A DNA stretch of 63,669 nt from Bacteroidota bacterium (GTDB taxonomy: Bacteria; Bacteroidota; Bacteroidia; UBA8524). Location: the NCBI GenBank assembly GCA_036676705.1, contig JAKFCJ010000178.1, positions 1 to 63,669 on the forward strand, read 5' to 3'. A program made the translations under genes and the position numbers. Shown in pieces: positions 54,448 through 63,631 of the stretch. How positions within the stretch are numbered: position 1 is the first letter of the stretch; the number at the start of each line of letters is the position of its first letter. The notes below the pieces were generated by a model that was not told the origin of the DNA, made no database searches, and saw only the letters and a program-made list of their open reading frames with translations.

Positions 54448-56929
54448 ATTAAGTTGGCTTCTCAGTGTAATTGCAAGTCTAACTAGCCATTTTGCTTCCG
54501 GGCAAGAAAGCACCTTATTTTCTATTCAGGATAACCTAGGTCAAGGAAGCGTCGTTGCCTATGACGACTGGAACGGTTTCGAGCTAAAATATTCAGATTC
54601 ATTTAATAATGGTCTTTGGTCTATTAGTCATATTATTGATGTAGGTGATTCGGATATTATTGCCATTGGAAATTATCATTGGGATAGTAGTTATTGTATC
54701 CTGAAATATAGTGGAACACTTGACCAGTGGAACACGCTACATGAATTTGACACGACCGAAAAACTTAGATTTGGGTCAAAGATTTTCAAAAGAAAAACCG
54801 GAGAAATTGTCGGTGTGTTATTTGTGGATAAGCCAAATACTTCCATTTCGCCTTCGATTATTGTTTTTCAAATGGACCCCTCCAGCCATCAATATGAACA
54901 GTTGGCTTATGTTCCTTCAGATTCCATATCGGCTGTTAGTCTTGATTTTGCATTCAATGAAAATGACGAACTGATCTATGGTAATTCGACATGGAAAGGC
55001 AAAGATAATCAGGGCTTTATATTTAGTATTGACTTGAAAAACGGGGAATTTAAACATGTTTTTGATGTAAGTGAATTTGGTTTGTCAAAAGTTGGGGTTA
55101 GATCTCTTCAATATTCAAACAAGCATGGACTTATTGGAGCATTGACAAACTCTAATGATTATGGTGTTTTATTTAAATACTATGAGAATGAATTTTCAAT
55201 TCTTCAAGAATATAAAACTAATGAAAGGCGAAAAATTGGAGGAATTCAGATAGGTGATTCAATTATTGCGGGTATGTTTCACGATCCCGTTTCTGAAAAA
55301 GCTTTTTTATTTTATTGTGATACAGGTGGAGGGAATCTGGATTCTATGGAGTGCCCTTGGGAATTGTATAGCAATTATAATCTGGAGATAATTGGAGATT
55401 CTCAGGTCTATATTTTAACATCTACAGGTGGATCCCATGAGGCAGGCATGTTAACTTGTTATAACCTTCAAAAAAGGGAACTAAGAACAGTTCAATATTT
55501 TTCAAATCAAACAGGGGGGAACCCTCAATCCTATTTATATAAACCTGGAATTGGATTTTTAATCAACCAAACAAAAGGAGGTGGCGGCAGTCTTGGTGGT
55601 ATTTATTACTATTCTCCAGCAGGACCGAATGCTTTGAAGGCACTCCGGGCTCCACAGTTCGGAAGCAACATATCATCTCGGATCATTACTTTAAAGGGAT
55701 ACTCGAAGTTAGTCATAACCAATAATACAGGAGGCCTTTTCGGAAAAGGGTCCATAGTCTTTTTGAATTTGCCCGGTTTCAAACAAGATACGGTCATCTT
55801 TTTGGGTTCGGATGACTTAACAAAAGATAGTTTGCTGTCTGGCCCTATTGGCGCGAGTTTAATGAAATTAAATGATTCCTCATTTGTAGTAATATGTGAA
55901 AGTGGCGGACAGCATGGACTTGGAGGAGTGATAAATTTTCAACAAAATCAGGATAAATGGCAATCACAAGAATTTCATTACCAAGCACCAAGCGAATCAA
56001 AATTGGTAGGTTCTTGTGTGAAAGATGAATTTGGTAAAGTATACTTTTGGTCAAGGTCGGAAACTATTGATTATGTCCTGAATACACTTCACCAATGGGA
56101 TATAACAAATAATATAGTTAAACCTGTCTATACTTTCAATGATTATATTGTTAGTGGAATTCCGGAGCGTGCTGGAGTCATTCAGAATAACACGTACTAT
56201 ACGATTAGCAATACGTACCTCGATCCTTTCACTTTTAATCGACTTGAAGGATCTCTGGTCACAATAAATTTAAACACTGGCGAAATCAAGGGAATAAAAA
56301 TACCACTTAATTATGCCGGGTATGACTACGGGAATTCTGTAATTCTAATGCAGGATTCTTTATTGGCATTTACGGCCAGTAATGACTATAAATTTGGTTT
56401 TGGCACACTCATTATTTATTCGCTGAATTCGGGTCAATTTTCATTTTATGAATTCAACCATTTCGATTTCGGCATAAAACCAACTGGTGAACTCTATTTC
56501 GCTGAAAGTGAATCTAAAATTGTAATTCTTTGTTCAAGAAATGGCGCGTATAATGAGGGAGCAATTATGGAGTTTGATTTAGCCAATTATAATTGGAACA
56601 AAGCCGCTGATTTAGAACCAGGATTCGGTAAGGAACTGATTTTCAATCATAATCCAAGAGTATTGAGGCTACCATCAAACCTATTAGGAGTGAACAAACC
56701 AGTACATCAGGACAATATAAATTTATATCCAAATCCGGCTACACAATTTATAAAACTAACCCAATTCACGCCGAATGAAAGCTTTCAAATAATTTCTTCC
56801 TCCGGAGTATCTGTTAGGAAAGGAATTATGGATGAAAATGGGCAAATTAGTCTCTTAGATTTGCCATCCGGCTTCTATTTTATTCGATTAAATCAAAGCC
56901 ATGCATCGTTGAAATTCATTAAGCAATAA
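54413..56929 (+). CDS. Large secreted repeat protein with a T9SS sorting domain (GloVer-like GG...G repeats)
   Basis: Signal peptide MWKLLKSFKLSWLLSVIASLTSHFASGQ (start 54413 or 54422). Recurrent motifs are GGSHEAGMLTCYNL, GGGGSLGGIYYYSP, TGGLFGKGSIVFLNL, SGGQHGLGGVINFQ and NGAYNEGAIMEFDL. C-terminal INLYPNPATQFIKL...GFYFIRL...LKFIKQ. Confidence 0.8.
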   Translation: MTWMWKLLKSFKLSWLLSVIASLTSHFASGQESTLFSIQDNLGQGSVVAYDDWNGFELKYSDSFNNGLWSISHIIDVGDSDIIAIGNYHWDSSYCILKYSGTLDQWNTLHEFDTTEKLRFGSKIFKRKTGEIVGVLFVDKPNTSISPSIIVFQMDPSSHQYEQLAYVPSDSISAVSLDFAFNENDELIYGNSTWKGKDNQGFIFSIDLKNGEFKHVFDVSEFGLSKVGVRSLQYSNKHGLIGALTNSNDYGVLFKYYENEFSILQEYKTNERRKIGGIQIGDSIIAGMFHDPVSEKAFLFYCDTGGGNLDSMECPWELYSNYNLEIIGDSQVYILTSTGGSHEAGMLTCYNLQKRELRTVQYFSNQTGGNPQSYLYKPGIGFLINQTKGGGGSLGGIYYYSPAGPNALKALRAPQFGSNISSRIITLKGYSKLVITNNTGGLFGKGSIVFLNLPGFKQDTVIFLGSDDLTKDSLLSGPIGASLMKLNDSSFVVICESGGQHGLGGVINFQQNQDKWQSQEFHYQAPSESKLVGSCVKDEFGKVYFWSRSETIDYVLNTLHQWDITNNIVKPVYTFNDYIVSGIPERAGVIQNNTYYTISNTYLDPFTFNRLEGSLVTINLNTGEIKGIKIPLNYAGYDYGNSVILMQDSLLAFTASNDYKFGFGTLIIYSLNSGQFSFYEFNHFDFGIKPTGELYFAESESKIVILCSRNGAYNEGAIMEFDLANYNWNKAADLEPGFGKELIFNHNPRVLRLPSNLLGVNKPVHQDNINLYPNPATQFIKLTQFTPNESFQIISSSGVSVRKGIMDENGQISLLDLPSGFYFIRLNQSHASLKFIKQ

Positions 56930-57038
56930 GTTTTAATAGATATGTTTGTTTTGATGTGAAATCCCTGTGCACCCAAATAGGGCCTGCTGGTCAAAATTCG
57001 GATTACTTTATAAAATTTATTGCCGTTACGCCTGGAAC

Positions 57039-57070
57039 AAAAAAAAGGTCCGACATTTCTGTCGGACCTT
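57039..57070 (-). terminator. Rho-independent terminator after tRNA-Val
   Basis: 10-bp stem aaggtccgac/gtcggacctt (57045-57054 and 57061-57070). On the minus strand it is followed by eight T. Confidence 0.8.
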
Positions 57071-57072
57071 TG

Positions 57073-57147
57073 TGGGAGTTGAGGGATTCGAACCCCCGAC
57101 CCTCTGCTTGTAAGGCAGATGCTCTGAACCAGCTGAGCTAAACTCCC
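57073..57147 (-). tRNA. tRNA-Val (anticodon TAC)
   Basis: The reverse complement folds as a cloverleaf: acceptor GGGAGTT/AACTCCC, D arm GCTC-AGCTGGTTCA-GAGC, anticodon arm TCTGC-CTTACAA-GCAGA, variable loop GGGTC, T arm GGGGG-TTCGAAT-CCCTC, discriminator A. CCA is not encoded. Confidence 0.93.
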
Positions 57148-57208
57148 ATTATGTCAATTTCCCTTCTGATAGTATGCTTTTCAGCAATCCTGTCTCTCAA
57201 AGGGAGTG

Positions 57209-57216
57209 CAAAGATA
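57209..57216 (-). promoter_or_regulatory. Candidate -7 box (TATCTTTG) upstream of tRNA-Val
   Basis: Exact TAnnTTTG match on the minus strand, 61 nt upstream of the tRNA 5' end. Confidence 0.3.
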
Positions 57217-57403
57217 GTATTGGAATTCACATTTGCAAATGCTATGAAATAATTCTGGGAATTTGTCATCCTGGTTCGCGATATAATCAGAATTAAAAGG
57301 CTTCGTTAGGCCTGTTCAATTGACGTTGGCTCAAGCCAAAAGCCTTGTAAGAGTAATTCTGACAAACAGGGTTATGCTAAAAAACCGAGCGTTGTGCTAA
57401 CAT

Positions 57404-57575
57404 GATGGACTTTCCTCCCCCTGCCCCCTCCAGAGGGGGATTTGCTTTAGGTTGGCTGAAATTTATGGTCAGAAACTAGAGACTCTGCTATTACTCAAGC
57501 CCCAAAGTCTCACCATCTCCCTGTCTCCAAGTCTCCTCGTCTCCCACTCCAAATCCTCCTTACTTTCCTACCTTC
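57404..57575 (+). repeat. Intergenic repeat element, copy A (hairpin module plus pyrimidine tile tail)
   Basis: Shares ...ctccccctgccccctccagaggggga...ggctgaaat...ctattactcaagccccaaagtctcaccatctcc...gtctccaagtc...aaatcctcc... with copy B in the same orientation. Ends about 10 nt before the hydrolase start. Confidence 0.8.
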
Positions 57576-57584
57576 GCTTCTCAA

Positions 57585-58226
57585 TTGACCAAAGACCTCT
57601 ACATATTCAGCGGACTCGGTGCCGATGAAAGGGTTTTTCAGAACCTGGATTTTGCTGGCTATAACCCGGTTTTTATACGATGGATTGCTCCTGAGGCCAA
57701 TGAAACAATAGCGCATTACGCCGGCCGGTTACTTGAGCAAATAAAATCTCCCAAACCTACCCTCATCGGGCTGTCATTTGGAGGGATGATGGCTATGGAG
57801 GTTTCCAAACTGATCGATACAGAACAGGTTTTACTGATATCCTCGGCCAAAACCAACGAAGAAATACCCTTCTATTACCGTCTGGCTGGACAAATAGGGC
57901 TTCATAAAATATTGCCGTATTCTGTATTAAAACATTCAAACTTTGTTACGGACTGGTTTTTTGGCGCTTCTTCGGCCTTTGACAAACAGCTTCTGAAACA
58001 AATTCTTGACGACACGGATCCGGTTTTTTTGAAATGGGCGATCGATAAGGTGGTTCGCTGGACCAATCGATCTTACCCTAAAAACCTTATTCATATTCAT
58101 GGCTCTCGAGATCGGATTTTGCCAGCCCGCTTTGTGAAATGGGATGAAATCATTCAGGGTGGCGGTCATTTTATGGTTTTGAATAGCTCTAACGAGGTGA
58201 ATGCACTTTTGAGGCGGTATTTATAA
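57585..58226 (+). CDS. Alpha/beta-fold hydrolase
   Basis: 213 aa. DLYIFSGLGADERVF N-terminus, nucleophile elbow GLSFGG, and C-terminal GGGHF. TTG start. Confidence 0.7.
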   Translation: MTKDLYIFSGLGADERVFQNLDFAGYNPVFIRWIAPEANETIAHYAGRLLEQIKSPKPTLIGLSFGGMMAMEVSKLIDTEQVLLISSAKTNEEIPFYYRLAGQIGLHKILPYSVLKHSNFVTDWFFGASSAFDKQLLKQILDDTDPVFLKWAIDKVVRWTNRSYPKNLIHIHGSRDRILPARFVKWDEIIQGGGHFMVLNSSNEVNALLRRYL

Positions 58227-58281
58227 CCCAAACGGGGTATTCAGGAATGAAAATAGTGTATAAAGCCCTGGATTACAGTAG

Positions 58282-58505
58282 GATGGTGCTACTTTCTCCC
58301 CCTGCCCCCTCCAGAGGGGGATAAGTGGTAGGTGGGCTGAAATTTTATAGTCCGAAACTACAGACCCTACTATTACTCAAGCCCCAAAGTCTCACCATCT
58401 CCGAGTCTCCAAGTCCCTAAGTCTCCAAGCCCCCTTGTCTTCCCTACCTCAAATCCTCCCTACTTCCCTACTTCCCTACTTCCCTACTTCCCTACCTCCC
58501 TACTT
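58282..58505 (+). repeat. Intergenic repeat element, copy B, with an expanded CTTCCCTA tile tail
   Basis: Collinear with copy A over about 165 nt, roughly 85-90% identical by eye. It then carries cctacttccctacttccctacttccctacttccctacctccctactt (8-nt period). Confidence 0.8.
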
Positions 58506-58535
58506 AAATAACTTTGTTCCCCATACTCCACTCCT

Positions 58536-58543
58536 TATTTTTG
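58536..58543 (+). promoter_or_regulatory. -7 promoter box (TATTTTTG) for the AsmA-like gene
   Basis: Exact TAnnTTTG match 14 nt before the ATG at 58558. Confidence 0.45.
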
Positions 58544-58557
58544 CGTTTTCTTAAACA

Positions 58558-61023
58558 ATGCGAAGGTTTCTAAGGGTTTGTGCGTGGATTGGCGGAGTGA
58601 TGCTCGCTTTGCTCCTTATTGCGGTGGGATTGGTCTTCGCTTTTTCAGGAAAGATCAAACAATCAGTGGTCGAAGAAGTCAACCTGTACCTTAAGGCTAA
58701 GGTTGAGGTTAAGGAGATTACCTTTTCGGTCATTGATGACTTTCCCCTCGTGAGTGTGGGCTTTAAAAATGTAACTGTACAGGAATCCTCCCCCTTAAAC
58801 GACTCCGCCCTGGCTAAACTGGAAAGCATCAAACTGACCCTCAACTTCTGGGATGCGGTGCGGCAAAAGATCCATATACAAGGCCTCAGGATCAATAATG
58901 GCTATGTGAGCATGGCTACCAATGCCAAAGGCGAGACGAATTTCGATATCCTCAAAGCTTCCCCGGATTCGGCCAGGGATGAAACCTCGCTGAGTTTCCA
59001 AAAAGTGACCTTAAATGACGTTCACTTCGTCTATCGCCGGGATAAAGATATTTACGACCTCACCATTCCGGAACTCAGTGCGGCAGGTGATTTTAAGGAA
59101 GATATTTTTAAAACCCGGCTGGAGGGAACGGTACTCACTTCCATCATTCTCGACAAAAACATCCTTATTGCTCCACGTACCCTGGTGTTGGATTCGGAAA
59201 TAGAGGTCAATAAACCGGAAGAAAAGATCCTGTTCTCCCGTACCTTCCTCGGCCTCGAAGACCTGGCCTTTGAATTGGATGGCTCCTGGAATACGAGTGA
59301 AGCGGGTGGCGGACAGATCAATATAAAAACCAAAGATGCCCAGATCAAAAAATTGCTCAGCCTTTTGCCGGGTAAGGTCAAAACGGAGATCGAAAACTAC
59401 GAAAGTTCAGGGGTGCTGCAACTGACCGGTAGCATCAGCCAGAAGGGTAAAGAAAAACCCCTGATCAAAGCCTCTTTTTCGGTTGACAATGGCTCCCTCT
59501 TTCTGAAAGAATTTGGCGAAGGGTTGAGTGGTATCAAATTGAAAGGAGAACTTCTCTACTCGGGCAAACAGGAAAAGCTCCATATCAGCACCTTCGAAGC
59601 CCGATTAATGGCCGATATTGTTAAAGGAGCGCTGAAACTGGATGGTTTCGACGACCCGTATATCGATCTTTTTGTGCTGTCGGAATTTAACCTGCAAAAC
59701 CTGAAACGGGTAGCGGATCTTGGAATTTACCAGGAAAGCTCGGGGAAAGCCGTGATCGATATTTCTTTAAAAGCCCGGCTAAGTGAACTTAAAGATCCTA
59801 AAAAATACCGCTCCATCTACCTGAACGGAAAAGTAAAGGGCGAACACCTCAACCTGGGCAACGACAGCCTGGAAAACCGCCTGAGCGATGTCAATACTTT
59901 TCTGGAACTAAAGGAAGCTACCTGTTCCATCCATCGCCTGGAAGCCACCTGGAACGAACAAAGGGTGCAGATCCGCGGGGAAGCCAAAAACTTCCTGGCC
60001 TACCTGTTTAATGAGGAAGAACTGAAGATACTCGGCCGCCTTAAAGCCGATAAACTGGCCTTTGACAACCCCAGGGAAGAAAAACCAAAAACCGGAACCG
60101 ACACCTCCGGATTCCAACTCCCGCCCCGCATACGCCTGGAAGCTGAAGTGGAAGTGGGTGAACTCTCACTCGAAAACTTCAGTGCCAGCAAAATAACAGG
60201 CCGCGCCAGCCTGAACAGCGACTACCTGGAGATCAAAAAGCTGCAGTTTGAATCCTGTGAGGGCAAAGTTTCGTTAACCGGCCACTGGAGCAAAAGGGAA
60301 GACGGCAAACAACCGGTGGTAGTGAACGCGGTACTTGAAAAAGTAACGATCAATGAGCTGTTCCGTCAGTTCAATAATTTCGGACAAGCCGAGATCACCG
60401 ACAAAAACCTTCGGGGAAAATTGAGCGGAAAGATCGATGCGGGTTTTTTGCTCGATAGAAACTTTAACTTTTTGGCGCCCAGTTTATACGCCTTCCTGGA
60501 TATTCGCATTGATGGGGGTGAATTAAACAAATACGAACCTCTGAAAGCCTTGTCGCGCTACGTACGCGTGGAGGATCTCGAAAATGTACGTTTCAAAACC
60601 CTGGAAAATCAGATCGAAATTCGGGATGAGGTCATTTTTATTCCTTCCATGGAAATTAAAAACTCGGCCATGAACATATTTATCGAAGGGCAGCATAGTT
60701 TCAAAAATGTGATGAATTACAGCATCAAACTGCAGTTAAAAGACGTGTTAGCTGGTCCGTATATGCGTGATCATGAGGTAGATGAGTTTGAAAAAGAAGA
60801 AGAAGGGATCAATGTTTTTATTCGCATGACCGGTACCCCCGACAAACTCGCCATCAGCTACGACTCAAAAAAAGCGAGAAAAAGCTTCAAGCAGGAGATG
60901 AAAAAGGAGAAACAAAGCGTTAAAGAGATATTGCGGAATGAATTTGGCATTCAACAGAAGGATCCTGAAAACCCGGAACCTGAAGATGAGTTGCCCAATT
61001 GGGAGGACGATATTCCCGAATAG
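58558..61023 (+). CDS. AsmA-family / TamB-like envelope biogenesis protein
   Basis: 821 aa. N-terminal TM anchor (VCAWIGGVMLALLLIAVGLVFAF), a long beta-rich body, and a charged C-terminal tail. The family call rests on architecture. Confidence 0.55.
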   Translation: MRRFLRVCAWIGGVMLALLLIAVGLVFAFSGKIKQSVVEEVNLYLKAKVEVKEITFSVIDDFPLVSVGFKNVTVQESSPLNDSALAKLESIKLTLNFWDAVRQKIHIQGLRINNGYVSMATNAKGETNFDILKASPDSARDETSLSFQKVTLNDVHFVYRRDKDIYDLTIPELSAAGDFKEDIFKTRLEGTVLTSIILDKNILIAPRTLVLDSEIEVNKPEEKILFSRTFLGLEDLAFELDGSWNTSEAGGGQINIKTKDAQIKKLLSLLPGKVKTEIENYESSGVLQLTGSISQKGKEKPLIKASFSVDNGSLFLKEFGEGLSGIKLKGELLYSGKQEKLHISTFEARLMADIVKGALKLDGFDDPYIDLFVLSEFNLQNLKRVADLGIYQESSGKAVIDISLKARLSELKDPKKYRSIYLNGKVKGEHLNLGNDSLENRLSDVNTFLELKEATCSIHRLEATWNEQRVQIRGEAKNFLAYLFNEEELKILGRLKADKLAFDNPREEKPKTGTDTSGFQLPPRIRLEAEVEVGELSLENFSASKITGRASLNSDYLEIKKLQFESCEGKVSLTGHWSKREDGKQPVVVNAVLEKVTINELFRQFNNFGQAEITDKNLRGKLSGKIDAGFLLDRNFNFLAPSLYAFLDIRIDGGELNKYEPLKALSRYVRVEDLENVRFKTLENQIEIRDEVIFIPSMEIKNSAMNIFIEGQHSFKNVMNYSIKLQLKDVLAGPYMRDHEVDEFEKEEEGINVFIRMTGTPDKLAISYDSKKARKSFKQEMKKEKQSVKEILRNEFGIQQKDPENPEPEDELPNWEDDIPE

Positions 61024-61071
61024 TTAAAAGGAAATGTGGAAAAGGAGAATAAAATAGCTATTCTTCAGTTG

Positions 61072-61079
61072 TACATTTG
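61072..61079 (+). promoter_or_regulatory. -7 promoter box (TACATTTG) for the transglycosylase gene
   Basis: Exact TAnnTTTG match 38 nt before ATG 61118. It lies only 5 nt before the alternative ATG 61085, which argues for the 61118 start. Confidence 0.45.
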
Positions 61080-61117
61080 TTAGCATGTCTGTTTACAGGC
61101 GTAACACGGTTAAGAGT

Positions 61118-62575
61118 ATGAAAAAAAGGTTTCTGACAGGACTGGCGGCAATGCTTGCCTTTGGGGCACTTGTACAGGCGCAACCCACTGAAAAACAAAT
61201 CAGTGCGCTGCCTATACTTGCTTCCCTTGATAGTTTAACTTCGGTTTTATGCGGAAGTGGTATGCTAAAAAATACCAACCCTGTTCATGCAGAACAGCTT
61301 GATTTTTCTCCCGAAAAAGATTTGCCTCAATTTCCCGGAAAACTCATCCAGGAAAGAATGAGCAGCCTGGGTTCAGAAATTCCGCTGGAATATAATTCCT
61401 ATGTAAAAGGTTTTATTGACCTGTATGGACGCAGAAAAGTGGAGCTCACCTCCAAAATGATGGGTCTTTCCGAATATTATTTCCCCATTTTTGAAGAGAT
61501 CCTCGACCGGAACAACCTTCCCCTCGAACTAAAATACCTGAGTGTGGTTGAATCTGCACTCAACCCAAAAGCTACTTCCTGGGCCGGAGCAAGTGGTCCC
61601 TGGCAGTTTATCTATTCAACCGGTGTACGTTATGGATTGACCATTAATTCATACGTGGACGAACGTCGCGATGTTTACAAATCGACCCAGGCGGCCTGCG
61701 ATTATTTCCGTGATAGTTATGAACTGTATGGCGACTGGCTTCTGGTAATTGCCTCCTACAACTGCGGTCCGGGAAACGTAAATAAAGCCATCCGACGTGC
61801 CGGTGGTAAAAAGAACTTTTGGGCGATCCAGCAATATTTGCCCCGCGAAACCCGGGGTTATGTGCCTGCTTTCGTAGCGGTTGCTTATCTGATGAATTTT
61901 GCGGCGGAACATGGTATCGCTACAACCCCGGCCGACTATTATTCGTTGGTACAGGCAGTGGAAGTGGATCAGCTGCTCACCTTTGAACAACTGGCTGTGG
62001 CTCTCGACCTATCCACCGAAAATATTTACGACCTTAACCCGCATTTTACCAAAGAAATGGTGCCCGATATTGGTGGTTCAATGACCGTTTATCTTCCTTA
62101 TCATAAGGCAATGAGCTATGCATGTATGCGTGACAGCATTTGTGAAATGCCTTTGTATGATGAAAACGGAAGGGCCTACCGTCTTGACCTGAGCGTTGAA
62201 AAGGTCAGGTATAAGGTACGCAAAGGGGATAACCTCTCATCCATAGCCAGAAAATACCAGGTAACCCCTTCGGATATCAAAGAATGGAATATCGTTCGCA
62301 AAAACCGCGTGGTGCCGGGATCTTACCTGACTATTCATATCGATAAAAAAGAAAGAGTATACCTTGACCTACCCGATCAACCTATCCTGGCTGAAAAAGT
62401 AATGCCCGAAAAAACGGAAGCCCGTTATCATACCATAAAATCAGGCGATACGTTATACAGCATCTCCCGCCAGTATGAAGGGGTAACGGTAGATATGCTC
62501 CGGAAATGGAACAACCTGGCCGAAAATCAGGTTTTGGTACCCGGGTCAGTCTTAAAAGTAGCCGAAGGAAGTTAA
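61118..62575 (+). CDS. Lytic transglycosylase (SLT domain) with two C-terminal LysM domains, MltD-like
   Basis: Signal peptide MKKRFLTGLAAMLAFGALVQAQ. SLT motifs VVESALNPKATSWAGASGPWQF and ASYNCGPGNV. LysM repeats YKVRKGDNLSSIARKY and YHTIKSGDTLYSISRQY. Confidence 0.85.
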   Translation: MKKRFLTGLAAMLAFGALVQAQPTEKQISALPILASLDSLTSVLCGSGMLKNTNPVHAEQLDFSPEKDLPQFPGKLIQERMSSLGSEIPLEYNSYVKGFIDLYGRRKVELTSKMMGLSEYYFPIFEEILDRNNLPLELKYLSVVESALNPKATSWAGASGPWQFIYSTGVRYGLTINSYVDERRDVYKSTQAACDYFRDSYELYGDWLLVIASYNCGPGNVNKAIRRAGGKKNFWAIQQYLPRETRGYVPAFVAVAYLMNFAAEHGIATTPADYYSLVQAVEVDQLLTFEQLAVALDLSTENIYDLNPHFTKEMVPDIGGSMTVYLPYHKAMSYACMRDSICEMPLYDENGRAYRLDLSVEKVRYKVRKGDNLSSIARKYQVTPSDIKEWNIVRKNRVVPGSYLTIHIDKKERVYLDLPDQPILAEKVMPEKTEARYHTIKSGDTLYSISRQYEGVTVDMLRKWNNLAENQVLVPGSVLKVAEGS

Positions 62576-63621
62576 TGAAACAGCTTGCTCTTTTTCTCCT
62601 CAGTTGTATTTTATTTTCATGTGGGGAAGAGGGCCTGCGCAATAAACCTGTTGCTACCGGACGTTATGGCGAAGTTTTCGTTATCGTGGATGACGACCTG
62701 CTTACCAAAGGACTCAAGCAGGCACTAAATGCATCTTTACAAAGACCTCAACTTTTTTATGGAGGTGAGGAACCCTATTTCAAACTTGTGTATATGACCC
62801 CCGGCCAGGCAAAAGGCAGCCTGGTATATGAGGGAACTACCCTGATCATTACCCGTTCAGGGGTGAATTCAGGGGTAAGGAAATTACTACCGGAAGACGT
62901 TGACAGCGTTATATCCCGCGTAAAAAGAGAAGGCGTGCATACCATACTGAAACAAAACGTATGGGCCACACAACAATCTGTCCTGTTTATACTGGGCGAT
63001 AACCCCGACTCGCTGGTAAACTATATTTCGCTCCGAAATGAGCAACTTCTGGGAAAGGTGCTGGAAATGGAAAGGTATGAAGCTACGGGACGCATGACCC
63101 ACATGCCCGATGAGAAACTCAGGAAAGAAATAAACCAGAAACACGCTATCGACGTACGTGCGCCCATTTCCTACCATGTGGCCTCCAATAGCAAGATCAA
63201 CCCGCTGGAAGGATTCATTTGGTTAAGGAATGAAGGTACCGACTATGACCTGAATGTGGTGATCCACTACCAGCCTTATACCGATACCAGCCAGTTCGCT
63301 TTACAAAATTTGATAGCCCGGCGCGACAGTGTGGTAAAACCCTATATCACCGGGGAAGCCAAAGGTTCCTTCATGGCCACGGATAACCAGTTCCCTTATT
63401 ACCTGCAAACCGTTGATTTTAATGGCAATTTTGCGCGGGAATACACGGCTCTCTGGACATTGGAAAATGATTTTATGGGTGGGCCCTATTACAGCGTCAC
63501 CGTTCACGACAAAAAAAATAACAGGCTTGTAACCCTCGAAGGATTTGTATACGCTCCCAACGAAGAAAAAACCCGTTACCTCCGTGAACTCCAGGGCATC
63601 TTATACGGTGTTCGTTTTTAA
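62575..63621 (+). CDS. Hypothetical lipoprotein (DUF4837-like)
   Basis: ATG 62575 (TAATG overlap with the previous stop) gives MKQLALFLLSCILFSC, a lipobox. The family name is from memory and tentative. Confidence 0.5.
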   Translation: MKQLALFLLSCILFSCGEEGLRNKPVATGRYGEVFVIVDDDLLTKGLKQALNASLQRPQLFYGGEEPYFKLVYMTPGQAKGSLVYEGTTLIITRSGVNSGVRKLLPEDVDSVISRVKREGVHTILKQNVWATQQSVLFILGDNPDSLVNYISLRNEQLLGKVLEMERYEATGRMTHMPDEKLRKEINQKHAIDVRAPISYHVASNSKINPLEGFIWLRNEGTDYDLNVVIHYQPYTDTSQFALQNLIARRDSVVKPYITGEAKGSFMATDNQFPYYLQTVDFNGNFAREYTALWTLENDFMGGPYYSVTVHDKKNNRLVTLEGFVYAPNEEKTRYLRELQGILYGVRF

Positions 63622-63631
63622 GTCGCGTTAA

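Larger units (their letters stand above)
49409..57072. other. Compositionally distinct AT-rich segment (three genes) abutting the 3' end of tRNA-Val
   Basis: Hand counts on single 60-nt lines give about 25% GC in the 49.56 kb intergenic region and 37-40% inside the genes (50041, 55081). A flanking core-gene line (20041, in ftcD) gives about 57%. Confidence 0.5.

Noticed and set aside
56956-57141. 61-aa plus-strand ORF
   Set aside because: It overlaps the terminator and almost the entire tRNA-Val gene on the opposite strand, so the sequence is explained by the tRNA.
58395-58505. Tile arrays here and at 940-1015, 32243-32317 and 42524-42588, considered as CRISPR arrays
   Set aside because: The period is only 7-8 nt, with no spacers and no cas genes. 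These are microsatellite-like tiles, not CRISPR repeats.
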